Made by a program: the position numbers and the translations under genes
NCBI GenBank assembly: GCA_963665775.2
Contig: CAXXTF010000002.1
Location: 32,001 to 96,000 of the forward strand
Length of the DNA stretch: 64,000 bases
Reading direction: 5' to 3'
Source: Dehalococcoidia bacterium
GTDB lineage: Bacteria; Chloroflexota; Dehalococcoidia; SM23-28-2; RBG-16-64-32
The notes under the pieces: model-generated
Told to the model about the DNA's origin: nothing
Databases searched by the model: none
Seen by the model: only the letters and a program-made list of their open reading frames with translations
Shown here: one piece after another, positions 10,176-20,666 of the stretch
Numbering within the stretch: position 1 is the first letter of the stretch
Layout of the letters: each line of letters opens with the position of its first letter

Positions 10176-11450
10176 TTAGTCGATGCGGCGCAGACTGGGG
10201 ATCAGAATGGCAACAGTGGTGGCGGTGAGGATGCACAGGCCGCCGAAGACTATGAGGCCAACCTGAGGGCCGACCGCCGCTGCTAGGAAGCCGGCGATCA
10301 CTCCGCCCAGCGTCACAAAACCACGATCCAGGGCGACAATGCTCATAATCCGGCCGTGCATCTCCCTTGACGACGACTCCAGAAGGACGACGTTGTTGAG
10401 GGACATGTAGGAGGTCCCCATGAGCCCTACCACGGCGATCACGGCGTAGGAGAGCGGTATCAGGTTCAACCAAGATACCGTGGAGAAGAGGATGAGGGCA
10501 GCCCCGAACATCGTCACTCCCGCGATCAGAATATAACCTCGTCGCCGGATGCTGGTCATGCTGGCGATCGTCAAGGCCCCCACGAGGGCGCCGGCGCCGG
10601 TAGCCGTCATCAGAAAGGCCATGCCCGAAGCGCCCGTTTCAAATACGTCTCGGGCGAAGAGGGGAATGAAGATCGACGTGTAGGGCAAGCCGAACAGATA
10701 CATGGACGTGGCCAAAGAGATGGCTGCCAGGGCAACGTGGTTCTGCCGGGCGTAGCGCAACCCCTCGGTGAAGCTGGCCCACATGGACTCGCGGACACGG
10801 ACGATTTGGCGTTCGCTGGGCACCCGGATCATGAGCGTCATCAGGACGGTCCATGCGTAGAGGATGCCGTTTAGGAGGTAGACGTTCCCTAGGCCGATCA
10901 CTGCTATCAGTATCCCCGCTCCGGCGGTGCCGACGATACGCATCGTGTTCGTCACCACATTGCTGAGGGCGATGGCGTTAGTGAGATGCTCCTTGTCGAC
11001 AAGACTGGAGATGAGAGCCTGACGCGCTGGCTGGTTGAAGGCCATCGATGTCCCCGTGGTGAACGCCAGCGCGAAGACGTGCCATGGTTGGATTACGCCG
11101 GAGAATATCAGGACGGCGGTAGCGATGTGGGTTGAAGTGGTGACGGAGCGGCAGATGATCAGGATGCGGCGTCGGTCGTAGCGATCGGCTACAACCCCAG
11201 CCAGCAGCCCGAAAAGAAACAGGGGCACCATGCGTGCGGCCAGGACCAGCCCCAACGCTGCCGCCGATCCCGTAAGCTCCAGTATGAGCCACGGTCGTGC
11301 CACCTGCTCCATCCACGTGGATGTCGATGCGCCCAAGGAGCCCAGCCACAGGTAGCGATAGCCGGGAAAGCTAAGGGCACTGAAAGTTCTCACCCGCCAG
11401 GGTACCCCTCGCACAGTGGCAGGTACCCTATCTGTTGGCTCTTGCGACAA
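10176..11450 (-). CDS. MFS transporter (MFS_3/EntS-like)
   Basis: YRYLWLG, GVVADRYDRRRIL, FNQPARQAL; about 12 TM helices; probable TTG start at 11450. Confidence 0.9.
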   Translation of the reverse strand: MSQEPTDRVPATVRGVPWRVRTFSALSFPGYRYLWLGSLGASTSTWMEQVARPWLILELTGSAAALGLVLAARMVPLFLFGLLAGVVADRYDRRRILIICRSVTTSTHIATAVLIFSGVIQPWHVFALAFTTGTSMAFNQPARQALISSLVDKEHLTNAIALSNVVTNTMRIVGTAGAGILIAVIGLGNVYLLNGILYAWTVLMTLMIRVPSERQIVRVRESMWASFTEGLRYARQNHVALAAISLATSMYLFGLPYTSIFIPLFARDVFETGASGMAFLMTATGAGALVGALTIASMTSIRRRGYILIAGVTMFGAALILFSTVSWLNLIPLSYAVIAVVGLMGTSYMSLNNVVLLESSSREMHGRIMSIVALDRGFVTLGGVIAGFLAAAVGPQVGLIVFGGLCILTATTVAILIPSLRRID

Positions 11451-11481
11451 GCTCTGACCTCTATCGTCGCGTTCAGGCTGA

Positions 11482-12252
11482 CTAGAACGACGTGGTCGTG
11501 GACCTAGATGGATCGGGCATGTGGGTGCGCAAGAAAGACCGCACTCGGCCCACAGTTTCTCCAACAACGTCCGGTGTATTCCACTTGTAGATCAGCCCCG
11601 CACTTATAGCGAGTGCGGAGATCTCCTCGGCGACTTGCGTTGGGTGGAAGTTGTCATCGCCGGCGAGAATGAGGAGGGGCGTGGCACAGGACCGGACGAA
11701 GTCTCGGGAGACGCTGAAGACGAACTGGCCGCCAAACATGCGCTCCTCGAACGCCTCCAGCCGCTTCCGGTCTATGTCTGACCTGGCCGCCATCAGCTCT
11801 CTGGCCCAATCGTTGAACATGTTGCGGAAGTCGTCCCGGTTGTTTTCATTAAGCCCGATTGGGTTCTGCAGCACTGCAGAGCTGATGCGGTCCGGCGCCG
11901 CTTGAATCAATGCCAAGCAATACGACGAACCTATGCAGCCTCCCATCACGTGACAGCTGGCGATGCCGAGATGGTCCAACAGCGCTAGGTGGTCCTCCGT
12001 GTAGGTGGCCCAATCATCATTTATTCCTATCGCCGCTGTGGAATGGCCGGCGTTACGCTGGTCCATCGCGATGACGCGGAAATCCTGGGCCAACTCCTTC
12101 GTCGGGTCGAATGGGCTCTGATGCCAGTACGAGATGGCCGAACGCATTCCGCCCGGTGCGAAGAGCAGAACCGGGTACCCCGTGCCGAACTCCTCGTAAT
12201 AGAGCGCTACTCCCGCACGCTCGAAATGCGGCATGCCCTCCTCCTCGCTCAC
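11482..12252 (-). CDS. Alpha/beta-fold hydrolase
   Basis: YEEFGTGYPVLLFAPGG, FRVIAMDQRNAGHS; nucleophile elbow is GGCIG (Cys in the usual Ser position); C-terminal D...HP. Confidence 0.88.
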   Translation of the reverse strand: MSEEEGMPHFERAGVALYYEEFGTGYPVLLFAPGGMRSAISYWHQSPFDPTKELAQDFRVIAMDQRNAGHSTAAIGINDDWATYTEDHLALLDHLGIASCHVMGGCIGSSYCLALIQAAPDRISSAVLQNPIGLNENNRDDFRNMFNDWARELMAARSDIDRKRLEAFEERMFGGQFVFSVSRDFVRSCATPLLILAGDDNFHPTQVAEEISALAISAGLIYKWNTPDVVGETVGRVRSFLRTHMPDPSRSTTTSF

Positions 12253-12854
12253 GACGCTCGGTCTCGGTCGTGACTACCGGCTCCACTCCTTGAGTTATAA
12301 GTGATTTACTTTCGAGGATATAATGCGCCGTTTCCTTTGCCGGTGAAGATAGTATATCTTCCTTCCGCCCGTTGCTGTTTATGACCACCGTGGGCCGCCA
12401 AGACTACAGAGCTGGGCGGTCCGTTTGCCTTCGGGGGACTCCTGTATACCACTGGCCCGGCGGACGTAAATTCAGCGACTTCTTGGCAACCTCGTAAATT
12501 TCCTCAGGGCGTTTGGGCCGTGAAGAAGTCAGCTGCCCAGATGTGCGGAGCGGGCGTTATTCTCCAATACCAAGTCACGCCGAATGCGCACGGCATTGCC
12601 CAATGCGGAGTAGAAGAGAAGGAGATAGGCAATCAAGGTACAGCCTCCCTTCGGAATGGGTACCCTCAGACTGCCTCGAACGGTATCTGCTGGTCAACCA
12701 GCAGATACGGATGAGTTTTGAACCCCCACAGGTCGAGAAGAATGATTGTACCTGAGAGCATCGGGCCGTGAATACTGGATGCTGTAAACACACTCAGTAT
12801 AATCACTGTACGGACCTTCTAGATGCTGGCTATCATGCTTTGAAGGAGGCTGCC

Positions 12855-13250
12855 ATGCAGGCGAGCAAAAGCCCTATCAGGTCGCTTCTCCTGGGACTCG
12901 TTTTCTTCCTCGTCACCTGGGGGGGTGCCGCCGCTATCGCTCTGGCGGTCGTTGAGAGCCGGGACGACGGCGCAGACCTCACAGCGCTTGAGGCACGGGT
13001 CGTTGAAGCTGAAGCGAAGCTGGCCCAGATCGACCCGGGCGACATCGACAATCTGACCTCGCGTGTGAATGACGTAGCGGCCGCGCTGGTCCAGATCATT
13101 TCGTTCTGGGCCACTGTGCAGGTCTCCGATCTGGTTGGTGAAGAGGTCGGAACCGACGATCCTCAGGTGCTTGACTGCCAGGCGTACATATTAGGGTTTC
13201 TCGATTCGGACATTGGTGCGGCCGCCTGTGGCTTCGCCGTCACTAACTAG
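12855..13250 (+). CDS. Membrane-anchored hypothetical protein with short coiled coil
   Basis: AAGGAGG RBS before ATG 12855; N-terminal TM helix, then LTALEARVVEAEAKL. Confidence 0.6.
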   Translation: MQASKSPIRSLLLGLVFFLVTWGGAAAIALAVVESRDDGADLTALEARVVEAEAKLAQIDPGDIDNLTSRVNDVAAALVQIISFWATVQVSDLVGEEVGTDDPQVLDCQAYILGFLDSDIGAAACGFAVTN

Positions 13251-13307
13251 AAGCACCTGCCCGTTCTGCGGCTGACATTTTGCCACCCCCAAATCGATTT
13301 ATGGAGG

Positions 13308-14609
13308 TTATGGCAGGTGATCAATCACGCCGCCCCCTGCGGACGGCCGATACGTGGCGACCTTCTTCCACTCGTAGGAACCGCTCTCCGTGCGGCGCAC
13401 CGCCCAGAACTCAAAGAGGCCGATCTTCCGGTCGCCTGCCTCGTTCAGCTCGGTTGATCCCGTGATGGAGTCGTTCGACTTGGCGGCCTCTACGAATTTC
13501 TGTTTGTAGCGCTCGAGGTCGGCCATGCCCCCCGCTTCAAGATAGGCCGTGACCGCGATGGTGAGCACGTCGTAGGTCGAGAGTGCGAAGGCGTCGGGAT
13601 CGTAGCCTACGGCCGATTTTACCAGGTCAAAGAGCGGTTGCCACTGGCTGTGCTCGTCCGGGTCGAGTCCGAAGATGGGGTTTGGGTAGCCTACGTCCAC
13701 CGCGAACTGCGCTGATTCGCGGTTAGGCACCGCGATTAGGCTCGTGTTCAACGCCATGCCGTCGCTCCCGTACCAGTCGATCCCTCTCAGCACGTCGTTG
13801 GTCGCCGCCTCACTAAAGAGCTGCACTGCCTCATCGAACGCCGCCAGGTAGACGGCGGTTGAAGGGTCGGTGTAGTCAACGAGGCTGGTTTGGATTTGCG
13901 CCGCGACTCCGTCCATCTGGGTGGCGGTCGTTTCGTATTGCAGGCTCGTCAACACCGTGCCGCCGCGCTCCTCGAACTTCTGGGTTACCGAGCTGCATAG
14001 CCCGAGGTTGCCGGCGTCCTTCCGGCAGACCGGCAGGATCGTGCGCACGCCGTCCTCCCACATCAGCATGACCACCGCTTCCCCCTCCAGCCGGTCGTCG
14101 GGCGTGAAGCGGAAGACGTTATCGCCCGCCGTGGCGAGAGAAGAGGCCGTGCTGCCTTGGCTAATGACGATGATGCCGTTAGCATCGGCGTACTCCTTGA
14201 TCTTCGACACTTCAGCGCTGGACTGCGGGCCGACGACGATCCGCACCCCTCTTGCCTTCAGCGACTGGAGTTTAGAGAGCGCGGTATCTGGGTTGAGGCC
14301 CGTATCCTCCACTATAAGCTGCACCCTCTCCGTCCTGCCCTGAGAGGCCAAGCTGTCGTTGGTGTCCTGTACCGCAGTCTCCAGGGTCGCCTGGCTGGCG
14401 CGGCCAAGCGTCTGCCAGGAGCGGCTGAGGTCGAGCAGCGCCCCGACCAGGATCTGGTTCGGGCCGGCCGGGCGCTCATTGCTACTCCCGCACCCGACGA
14501 GAATCATACCTAGGCCGCACGCGGCTATGATGATGAGCGTAGCGAGCGCATTCCGCGTACTCCTTGCCGCTGACTCAGCGGGCCGCCGCGGGTCCTGGTA
14601 TGCGATCAT
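13308..14609 (-). CDS. ABC transporter substrate-binding lipoprotein (LivJ/type 1 periplasmic fold)
   Basis: Lipobox ILVGC, VGALLDLS, IVVGPQSSAEV, NVFRFTPDD, ITGSTELNEAGDR; RBS GGAGGT before ATG 14609. Confidence 0.9.
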   Translation of the reverse strand: MIAYQDPRRPAESAARSTRNALATLIIIAACGLGMILVGCGSSNERPAGPNQILVGALLDLSRSWQTLGRASQATLETAVQDTNDSLASQGRTERVQLIVEDTGLNPDTALSKLQSLKARGVRIVVGPQSSAEVSKIKEYADANGIIVISQGSTASSLATAGDNVFRFTPDDRLEGEAVVMLMWEDGVRTILPVCRKDAGNLGLCSSVTQKFEERGGTVLTSLQYETTATQMDGVAAQIQTSLVDYTDPSTAVYLAAFDEAVQLFSEAATNDVLRGIDWYGSDGMALNTSLIAVPNRESAQFAVDVGYPNPIFGLDPDEHSQWQPLFDLVKSAVGYDPDAFALSTYDVLTIAVTAYLEAGGMADLERYKQKFVEAAKSNDSITGSTELNEAGDRKIGLFEFWAVRRTESGSYEWKKVATYRPSAGGGVIDHLP

Positions 14610-14751
14610 CGATATCCTACCTCCTACAGAATTCTGGCCACCGAGCCCCCAGCCCAAAACCATCGGGAAAGTCCCTAATGGCATCCTCCGGAGCCCAATA
14701 CTGCCGGAGAGAGCCACCACATTTCGCTATGCCCCCGACCGTTCCTGCTAA

Positions 14752-15390
14752 CTACCCCCTAGCAGCGACCACAATCACCTTCACAGCTTCCGGCACGGTC
14801 AATCGGTCCGTATTCACTACCAGATCGTAATGGGTCGGCAGCTCTTGTCGAAGGTTGTACATGCGGCGAAAGTAGTTCTGGCGTTCGCGGTCTGAGTCTT
14901 GGATGGCTTTCTTAGCCTGTCGCTCATCGACATCAGCTATCCCCGTGAGGCGCTCAGCCCTTACCTCGGGTGAGGCTGTAACAAGAGCACGCAGGAGGCC
15001 ACTCATGTTGGCTAGGGCGACGCTTGTGCCATGGGCGAGCAAGACCACCTGGCCCGCCTCCGCCACTTCGCGGATCACTCGTTGGATTAGGCTCTGGTAA
15101 AGGTCCCGCGATTGAGACTGGGTAAATGCGGGAGTCGCCATTAATGAGGCAGCGCCGACGGTAGGCGCGAATTCCCCGCTGGCCGCCATTCCTTCAAGGA
15201 TGCGATCGATCAGTGATTGCGAGTGCTCGACTTGGTCGACGGTCTCGGGAGAGACACCCGCATACGCGGATGCTTTCGTGACGATTTCGTCGTCCACATA
15301 GCCAAAGCCCAACTCCTTGGCAACCAGCTGCCCGATCTCCTCGCCACCGGCAGCGAGACTCCTCGATATGCTGACAACCTTAGATTCCAT
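14752..15390 (-). CDS. Cytidylate kinase-like family protein
   Basis: VVSISRSLAAGGEEIG...LGFGYVD, SDRERQNYF, YDLVVNTD; ATG 15390 lies just outside the IS1380 end. Confidence 0.88.
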   Translation of the reverse strand: MESKVVSISRSLAAGGEEIGQLVAKELGFGYVDDEIVTKASAYAGVSPETVDQVEHSQSLIDRILEGMAASGEFAPTVGAASLMATPAFTQSQSRDLYQSLIQRVIREVAEAGQVVLLAHGTSVALANMSGLLRALVTASPEVRAERLTGIADVDERQAKKAIQDSDRERQNYFRRMYNLRQELPTHYDLVVNTDRLTVPEAVKVIVVAARG

Positions 15391-15405
15391 CCTATTCCTC
15401 TTTAC

Positions 15406-17109
15406 CCCGAATCCACCGAAGGACGGCCTTGGGGACAGTCCTTGAAGAAGCCATCGGGTGCTCCTCTGAATCTGGGATAATGGTTTTGGAACAGAAACCA
15501 GCCCGGAAACAAGGAGCACCCAATAGATGCTGCCACAGAACAAACCCGACCGTATCCGCATCCTCTTTGACGACCATCGCCTGGTGGCCAATGCCGGCCT
15601 GCTCCTGCCAGCCACCCTAGCCCGGCACCTGGGCCTGCGGGAACTCGTCGACCATCACCTTGACCTCGGCGGAGCGCCGGGACGGGCGAACACTGGGGAC
15701 AAGATGCTGACGCTGGTCGCTTCCGCGCTGGCAGGCGGCGACTGCATCGACGACGCCGATGCGCTGCGCGCTGGTGGGACGGTCGGTGTTCTAGGCTGCG
15801 TGGTCAAGGCGCCATCCACCCTGGGGACCTTCCTGCGCAGCTTCCGGTGGGGGCATGTCCGTCAACTCGACCGCGTGAGCCGCCAGTTGTTGGCCCGGGC
15901 CTGGGCCGCTGGGGCCGGACCCGGCGACTCGCCCCTGACCATCGACCTGGACTCGACCATCTGCGAGACCTATGGACTGGCCAAGGAGGGAGCGCGCCAC
16001 CACGGCTATACCGGCGCCCGCGGCTATCACCCGCTGCTGGCCATTGCCGCCGGCACCGGCGAGGTGCTGATGTCCCGGCTGCGCGAGGGCCGGGCCAACA
16101 CCGCCCGTGGCGCCGCCCACTTCCTGCGTGAGACGGTGGGGCGGGTGCGCTACGGCGGGGCCAGGGGACAACTCACGGTGCGGGCCGACAGCGGCTTCTA
16201 CGCCCACACTGTCGTTGCCGCCTGCCGGGAAATGGATGTCCGCTTCTCTATCACCATCCGCCAGCGCGCCAGCCTGCGGGACCTGATCGAGGCGATACCA
16301 GAGGAGGACTGGACTCCCATTCCCTACTGGATGGACGGCGCCGCCGATGTCGCCGAGACGACTTACACCCCGTTCCAGACCAAGCCGGACGCCGCGCCGG
16401 TGCGGCTCATTGTCCGGCGGGTGAAGCCGACGCCCGGTTCCCAGCTCGCCCTCTTCGCCAGATACAGCTATCACGCCTTCATCACCGACCGCGATGGGGA
16501 GACGCTGGAACTGGAGGCCGATCATCGCCGCCACGCCGAGGTCGAGAACGCCATACGCGACCTCAAGTACGGCGTCGGGCTGAACCACATGCCGTCGGGG
16601 CGCTTCGCCGCCAACGGCGCCTGGCTGGCGGTCCAGGTGATGGCGCATAACCTGGCCCGCTGGACAGCCCGCATCGGCCTGGGTCAGCAGATCGTGACCA
16701 CCAAGACCCTCAGGCGGCGGGTCTTCGCTCTGGTGGGACGGATCACCCGCTCGGCGCGCCGCCTCACTTTGCATCTCCCCCGGCGCTGGCCTTGGGAAAC
16801 CCAGTTCAGTCGCGCCTTGGCCCGGCTGCAAGCCATTCCATTCCCGGCCTGACGGCCAGCCTGCAACTGACCCAACGTCCCCGCAATCTCGCGCCACCCC
16901 GGTCGCGAGAGTCCCCTGCTGCGTATCCTCTCGCCATCCCGCGCATCGCAACTCCCGCATAGGGCCTTAGGGGCCCTGTGCGGCGACTGAAGACCGTCCG
17001 CCGGCCTCCCATCTACCCCAAGACCCCAGGCCATCTCCCCTGTAGCTCCCTCACCCACCCCCTTCCGCTGTCCTCACGCCGTCCATCCGTGTCCTTCGGT
17101 GGATTCGGG
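15406..17109 (+). mobile_element. IS1380-family insertion sequence
   Basis: Perfect 19-bp terminal inverted repeats CCCGAATCCACCGAAGGAC (15406-15424 and 17091-17109) around one transposase; no unambiguous target duplication. Confidence 0.93.
15527..16852 (+). CDS. IS1380-family DDE transposase
   Basis: LTIDLDST, GYHPL, LREGRANTA, VRADSGFY, EVENAIRDLKYG, AHNL; intact 441 aa. Confidence 0.95.
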   Translation: MLPQNKPDRIRILFDDHRLVANAGLLLPATLARHLGLRELVDHHLDLGGAPGRANTGDKMLTLVASALAGGDCIDDADALRAGGTVGVLGCVVKAPSTLGTFLRSFRWGHVRQLDRVSRQLLARAWAAGAGPGDSPLTIDLDSTICETYGLAKEGARHHGYTGARGYHPLLAIAAGTGEVLMSRLREGRANTARGAAHFLRETVGRVRYGGARGQLTVRADSGFYAHTVVAACREMDVRFSITIRQRASLRDLIEAIPEEDWTPIPYWMDGAADVAETTYTPFQTKPDAAPVRLIVRRVKPTPGSQLALFARYSYHAFITDRDGETLELEADHRRHAEVENAIRDLKYGVGLNHMPSGRFAANGAWLAVQVMAHNLARWTARIGLGQQIVTTKTLRRRVFALVGRITRSARRLTLHLPRRWPWETQFSRALARLQAIPFPA

Positions 17110-17127
17110 CTTAGCTTTAAGGTGGAC

Positions 17128-17883
17128 CTACGGTTCAACCCGCAAGTGGAAAACGAACCTTTTCTCCGTGACCTGTAAGATGACGACACTCTTCACAGGG
17201 TCGCCGGTGTCTCTATATTCAAACGTTCCTGTCACCCCGGCGTAGAGCTGGATAGCCGCCAGACCATCACGAACCGCGTCTGGATCAACTTTACCTTGGC
17301 TCCTAACAGCCTCGAATAGAAGCCCAAACGCGTCATACGTGAGGGCCGCAATGTCATTAGGGTCTCGGCCGTAGGATTCGCGATATTTGGCGACAAACGC
17401 CTGGGACTTCTCGTCAAGTGTATCCGCGGCATAGAGCGCGCTGAAGAATGACCCCTCCACGAGGGTACGATCGGCACTTTCTATGGTGGCCCATGAATCA
17501 CTACCGATGATATGGGCTTTGATACCTATCTCTTGTGCCTGGCGCACCTGCCTGGGCACCTCATAAAAATAATTAGGGAGGAACAGCACCTCGGCTCCAC
17601 TCTCTTTGATTACTGACAGCTGTTCCGCCACGTCTGGTGCGTCAGTGGTGTAAGACTCGAAGGCGACCACTTCCCCACCAAGCTCCTCGAAAGACGACTT
17701 GAAGAACTCAGCCAGGTCCCGGTTATAGTCACTGGCTATGTCAAACAGTACAGCAGCTGTTTGAGCGCCTAGTTCTTCCTGGGCGAAGCGGGCCATGACT
17801 CTTCCCTGGAAGGAGTCAGTGAAGGAAGCCCGGAAGACCCATTTCTTGTTTAACGTAGTGTTGGGATTTGTCGACGCTGGGCT
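17128..17883 (-). pseudogene. Branched-chain amino acid ABC substrate-binding protein, 5'-truncated by IS3
   Basis: SPASTNP...VFRASFTDSFQG, LFLPNY, IGSDSW, GVTG...GDPVKSVVI; signal peptide and N-terminal region replaced by the IS3 end at 17884. Confidence 0.85.
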
Positions 17884-19156
17884 TGACCTTGCCCCCGAAA
17901 ACGAGTCCAGGCCCAATGTTAGTAATCAGGGGTTCTGGACCAGAGAAAGGGGGTAGAAGGATTGGGCAGGCAGCATCACACGGCAGAGGAGATCATCAAC
18001 AAGTTGAGGGAGGCGGAGGTCGGGCTGGCTAAGGGCCTGGCTGTGCCCGAGGTCTGCAGGAAGCTGGGCGTGGCAGAGCAGACCTACTACCGCTGGCGGA
18101 AGGAGTAGGGCGGCCTGAGGAGGGAGCAGGCCAAGCGGCTGCGGGAGCTGGAGCAGGAGAACCTGCGGCTGAAGAAGCTGGTAGCCGATCTCTCCCTGGA
18201 CAACGCCATCCTGAAGGAGGCGGCGCAGGGAAACTTCTGAGCCCGGCCAAGAGATGACAGGCGGTGGCCTGGGTGCGGAATGCGTTGGGCCACGCGGTCA
18301 TCTCGGGGCGCCGGGCCTGCCAGGCCCTGGGGCAGGAGCGATCGACGCAGCGGCGGTGGGGTTCTCCTCCCGACGATGAAGGGAGGCTGCTGAGGCGGAT
18401 GGTGGAGCTAGCGACCGAGTACGGGCGCTACGGTTACCGACGGGTGACCGCCCTGCTGCGAGAGGAGGGTTTTCGGGTGAACCACAAGCGGGTAGAGCGG
18501 CTCTGGCGGCGGGAAGGCCTGAAGGTGCCGGCGAAGCAGCCGAAGCGGAGGCGGCTATGGCTGACAGACGGCTCCTGCGTTAGGCTCAGGCCGACTGAGC
18601 CCAACCACGTCTGGAGCTACGACTTCGTGTTTACCCGCACCAGCGACGGCCGTCCCCTGCGGCTCTTGACGGTGCTGGACGAGTTCACAGGGGAGTGCCT
18701 GGCTATCCAGGTGGCGAGGCAGATCACCAGTGATGACGTGCTGGCACGCCTGGCCCAGCTCTTCGTCGAGCGCGGGACGCCTCGCTACCTGCGCTCGGAC
18801 AACGGGCCAGAGTTCACGGCACGTGCGCTCCGGACCTGGCTAGAGCGGGTAGGCGTGCAGACTCTGTATATCGAGCCCGGGAGCCCCTGGGAGAACGGCT
18901 ACATCGAGTCGTTCAATGGGAAGCTACGTGATGAACTATTGAATGGGGAGGTGTTCGACACGGTGCTGGAAGCACAGGTCCTCTGCGAGCGGTGGTGACG
19001 GAACTACAACGAGGTGCGCCCGCATAGCGCTCTCGGCTACCGGCCGCCAGCACCGCAAGCGATCGTGCCATGGCCGGGCTCCACCGCGCCATCCCTGGAG
19101 ACTACGGCGATGGCCACACTAACATAGCCTATGGTAGCGTTTAGGGGGGCAGGTCA
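17884..19156 (+). mobile_element. IS3-family insertion sequence copy 1 (1273 bp), transposase inactivated
   Basis: TG...CA ends with imperfect IRs (TGACCTTGCCCCCGAAAACG / TGACCTGCCCCCCTAAACG); orfA from TTG 17962; slippery GGGAAAC at 18228-18234; orfB with WSYDF, RSDNGPEF and PWENGYIESFNG. Confidence 0.95.
17962..19127 (+). pseudogene. IS3 OrfAB transposase with three in-frame stops
   Basis: TAG at 18106-18108 (KE*GG), TGA at 18255-18257 and TGA at 18996-18998; the conserved YNEVRPHSALGYRPPAP continues after the last stop. Confidence 0.9.
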
Positions 19157-19157
19157 A

Positions 19158-19208
19158 ATGCAGGAGTTGGTGATCTGGTCCGTGCGGAACGGACTGCTGG
19201 GTGACTAG
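19158..19208 (+). pseudogene. Possible C-terminal remnant of a LuxR-type HTH regulator cut by IS3
   Basis: QELVIWSVRNGLLGD* directly abuts the IS3 right end and resembles the LuxR-type 'ELVxWAVRxGL' tail. Confidence 0.5.
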
Positions 19209-19316
19209 CGGCACGGACCGCTTTCAAACAGAATCGTCTCCCCGCGCTCTGCCAGGTCTGGACGTCGGATCGGGCGCTTGGAGCCGTGAGCCGACAGGCT
19301 ACATGGAGGTATTTCT

Positions 19317-20051
19317 ATGGATACCCGCTGGACTATCTTCGCAATTGCCATACTAGTCTTCGCCTGCTTGTCGTGCGGCGGCCCCGAAGCCGTCAGGATG
19401 GGTACCGAAGGGGCGTATCCTCCCTACAACTTTATCGACGACGAGGGAGAAGTCGACGGATTCGAGCGGGAGTTGGGTGACGAGCTGTGCCGCCGGGCCG
19501 ACCTCGAATGCACCTGGGTGACCAACGACTGGGACAGCATCATACCCAACCTGGTGGCTGGGGACTATGACACCATCCTCGCCGGGATGAGCATCACCGA
19601 CGAGCGGGACGAGGTCATCGATTTCACGCAGCCGTATTTCCCTCCCGGCCAGTCAGTCTACCTGGCACTGGCCGGGGCTGGCGGCGATGTGGTAGACGGC
19701 AAGGTGGCTGCCCAGGTGGCTACCGTCCAGGCGGACCACCTGTCGCAGTCAGGCGCGACGCTCCTGGAGTACGAGCTGGCCCCTGAGGTGGTCTCGGCCG
19801 TCTTGAGCGGAGAGGCGGATGCGGCGTTGGTAGACCTGGAGTTCGCCCGGGAGGGTATGGCGGAGCATGAAGGAAAGCTGGCCCTGGTGGGCCCGCGCGT
19901 CGAACTGGATTCCGGAATCGGCGTGGGCGTCAGGGAGGACGATGGCGACTTGAAGGACAAGCTGGACAAGGCCATCGCCGACATGAAGGAGGACGGCTCT
20001 CTGAACGCCCTCATCGAGAAGTGGTTCGGGCCCGAGGCCGAGAAATTCTAG
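19317..20051 (+). CDS. Polar amino acid ABC substrate-binding protein (SBP family 3)
   Basis: Lipobox LSC, GTEGAYPPYNF, WDSIIPNLVAGDYD, GMSITDER, IDFTQPY. Confidence 0.93.
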   Translation: MDTRWTIFAIAILVFACLSCGGPEAVRMGTEGAYPPYNFIDDEGEVDGFERELGDELCRRADLECTWVTNDWDSIIPNLVAGDYDTILAGMSITDERDEVIDFTQPYFPPGQSVYLALAGAGGDVVDGKVAAQVATVQADHLSQSGATLLEYELAPEVVSAVLSGEADAALVDLEFAREGMAEHEGKLALVGPRVELDSGIGVGVREDDGDLKDKLDKAIADMKEDGSLNALIEKWFGPEAEKF

Positions 20052-20666
20052 TTCAAGGTCATGCTCCTCCAGACGACCTCTGAAGAGAAGGTCAACCCCT
20101 GACTCAGGCTGGTTGCAACGGCATAGGCACGGGCGACATTGGCCGCCCGCGCTGCCATCCTGTCACAATCATGCGGCAGCAACCCTTGGTGAGTCTCACA
20201 GTCCCAGCCACATCTCAAAGATGGTTCTGTCTACCGTCAAAATAGGCCCACCAGACTTGATAAAATCAAGAACTTTCAGCTTGAAGTTCGAGCTGGCGGT
20301 GTAGGCACCTATTGCTGAGATCGCGTCGCTGTCTCTCGGAATACTCACGCTCCTCACAACTTCCCAGGAGGCAGGAGTGACCCCGGAGCGTGGCGACGCA
20401 CTATCCGATTTCGGTCGTTTTCAGGTAAGATCGGAGTCTCGTTAAGAGCAATGTCCCGATGCAGCACGCAGCAGTGCAAATGCCAAACGGACGCTGGTGC
20501 AGCAAAATGGACTAGGTCCTCGTGATCGAACATCGCAGCCCGGAGTCGATCTCCGGTCGAATCTATGGCAACCTAACGGTCTTCATGCGAAGGGCTACGA
20601 GCGCAACCGGCTGACAGCTAAGCGAGGACGCTCATGAAGTGGCTACCCCCGTAGAGGAATCAACTC

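Noticed and set aside
15791-16960. Long antisense ORFs (also 51110-52213, 52713-53774, 55589-56593)
   Set aside because: Typical high-GC shadow frames opposite well-supported genes.
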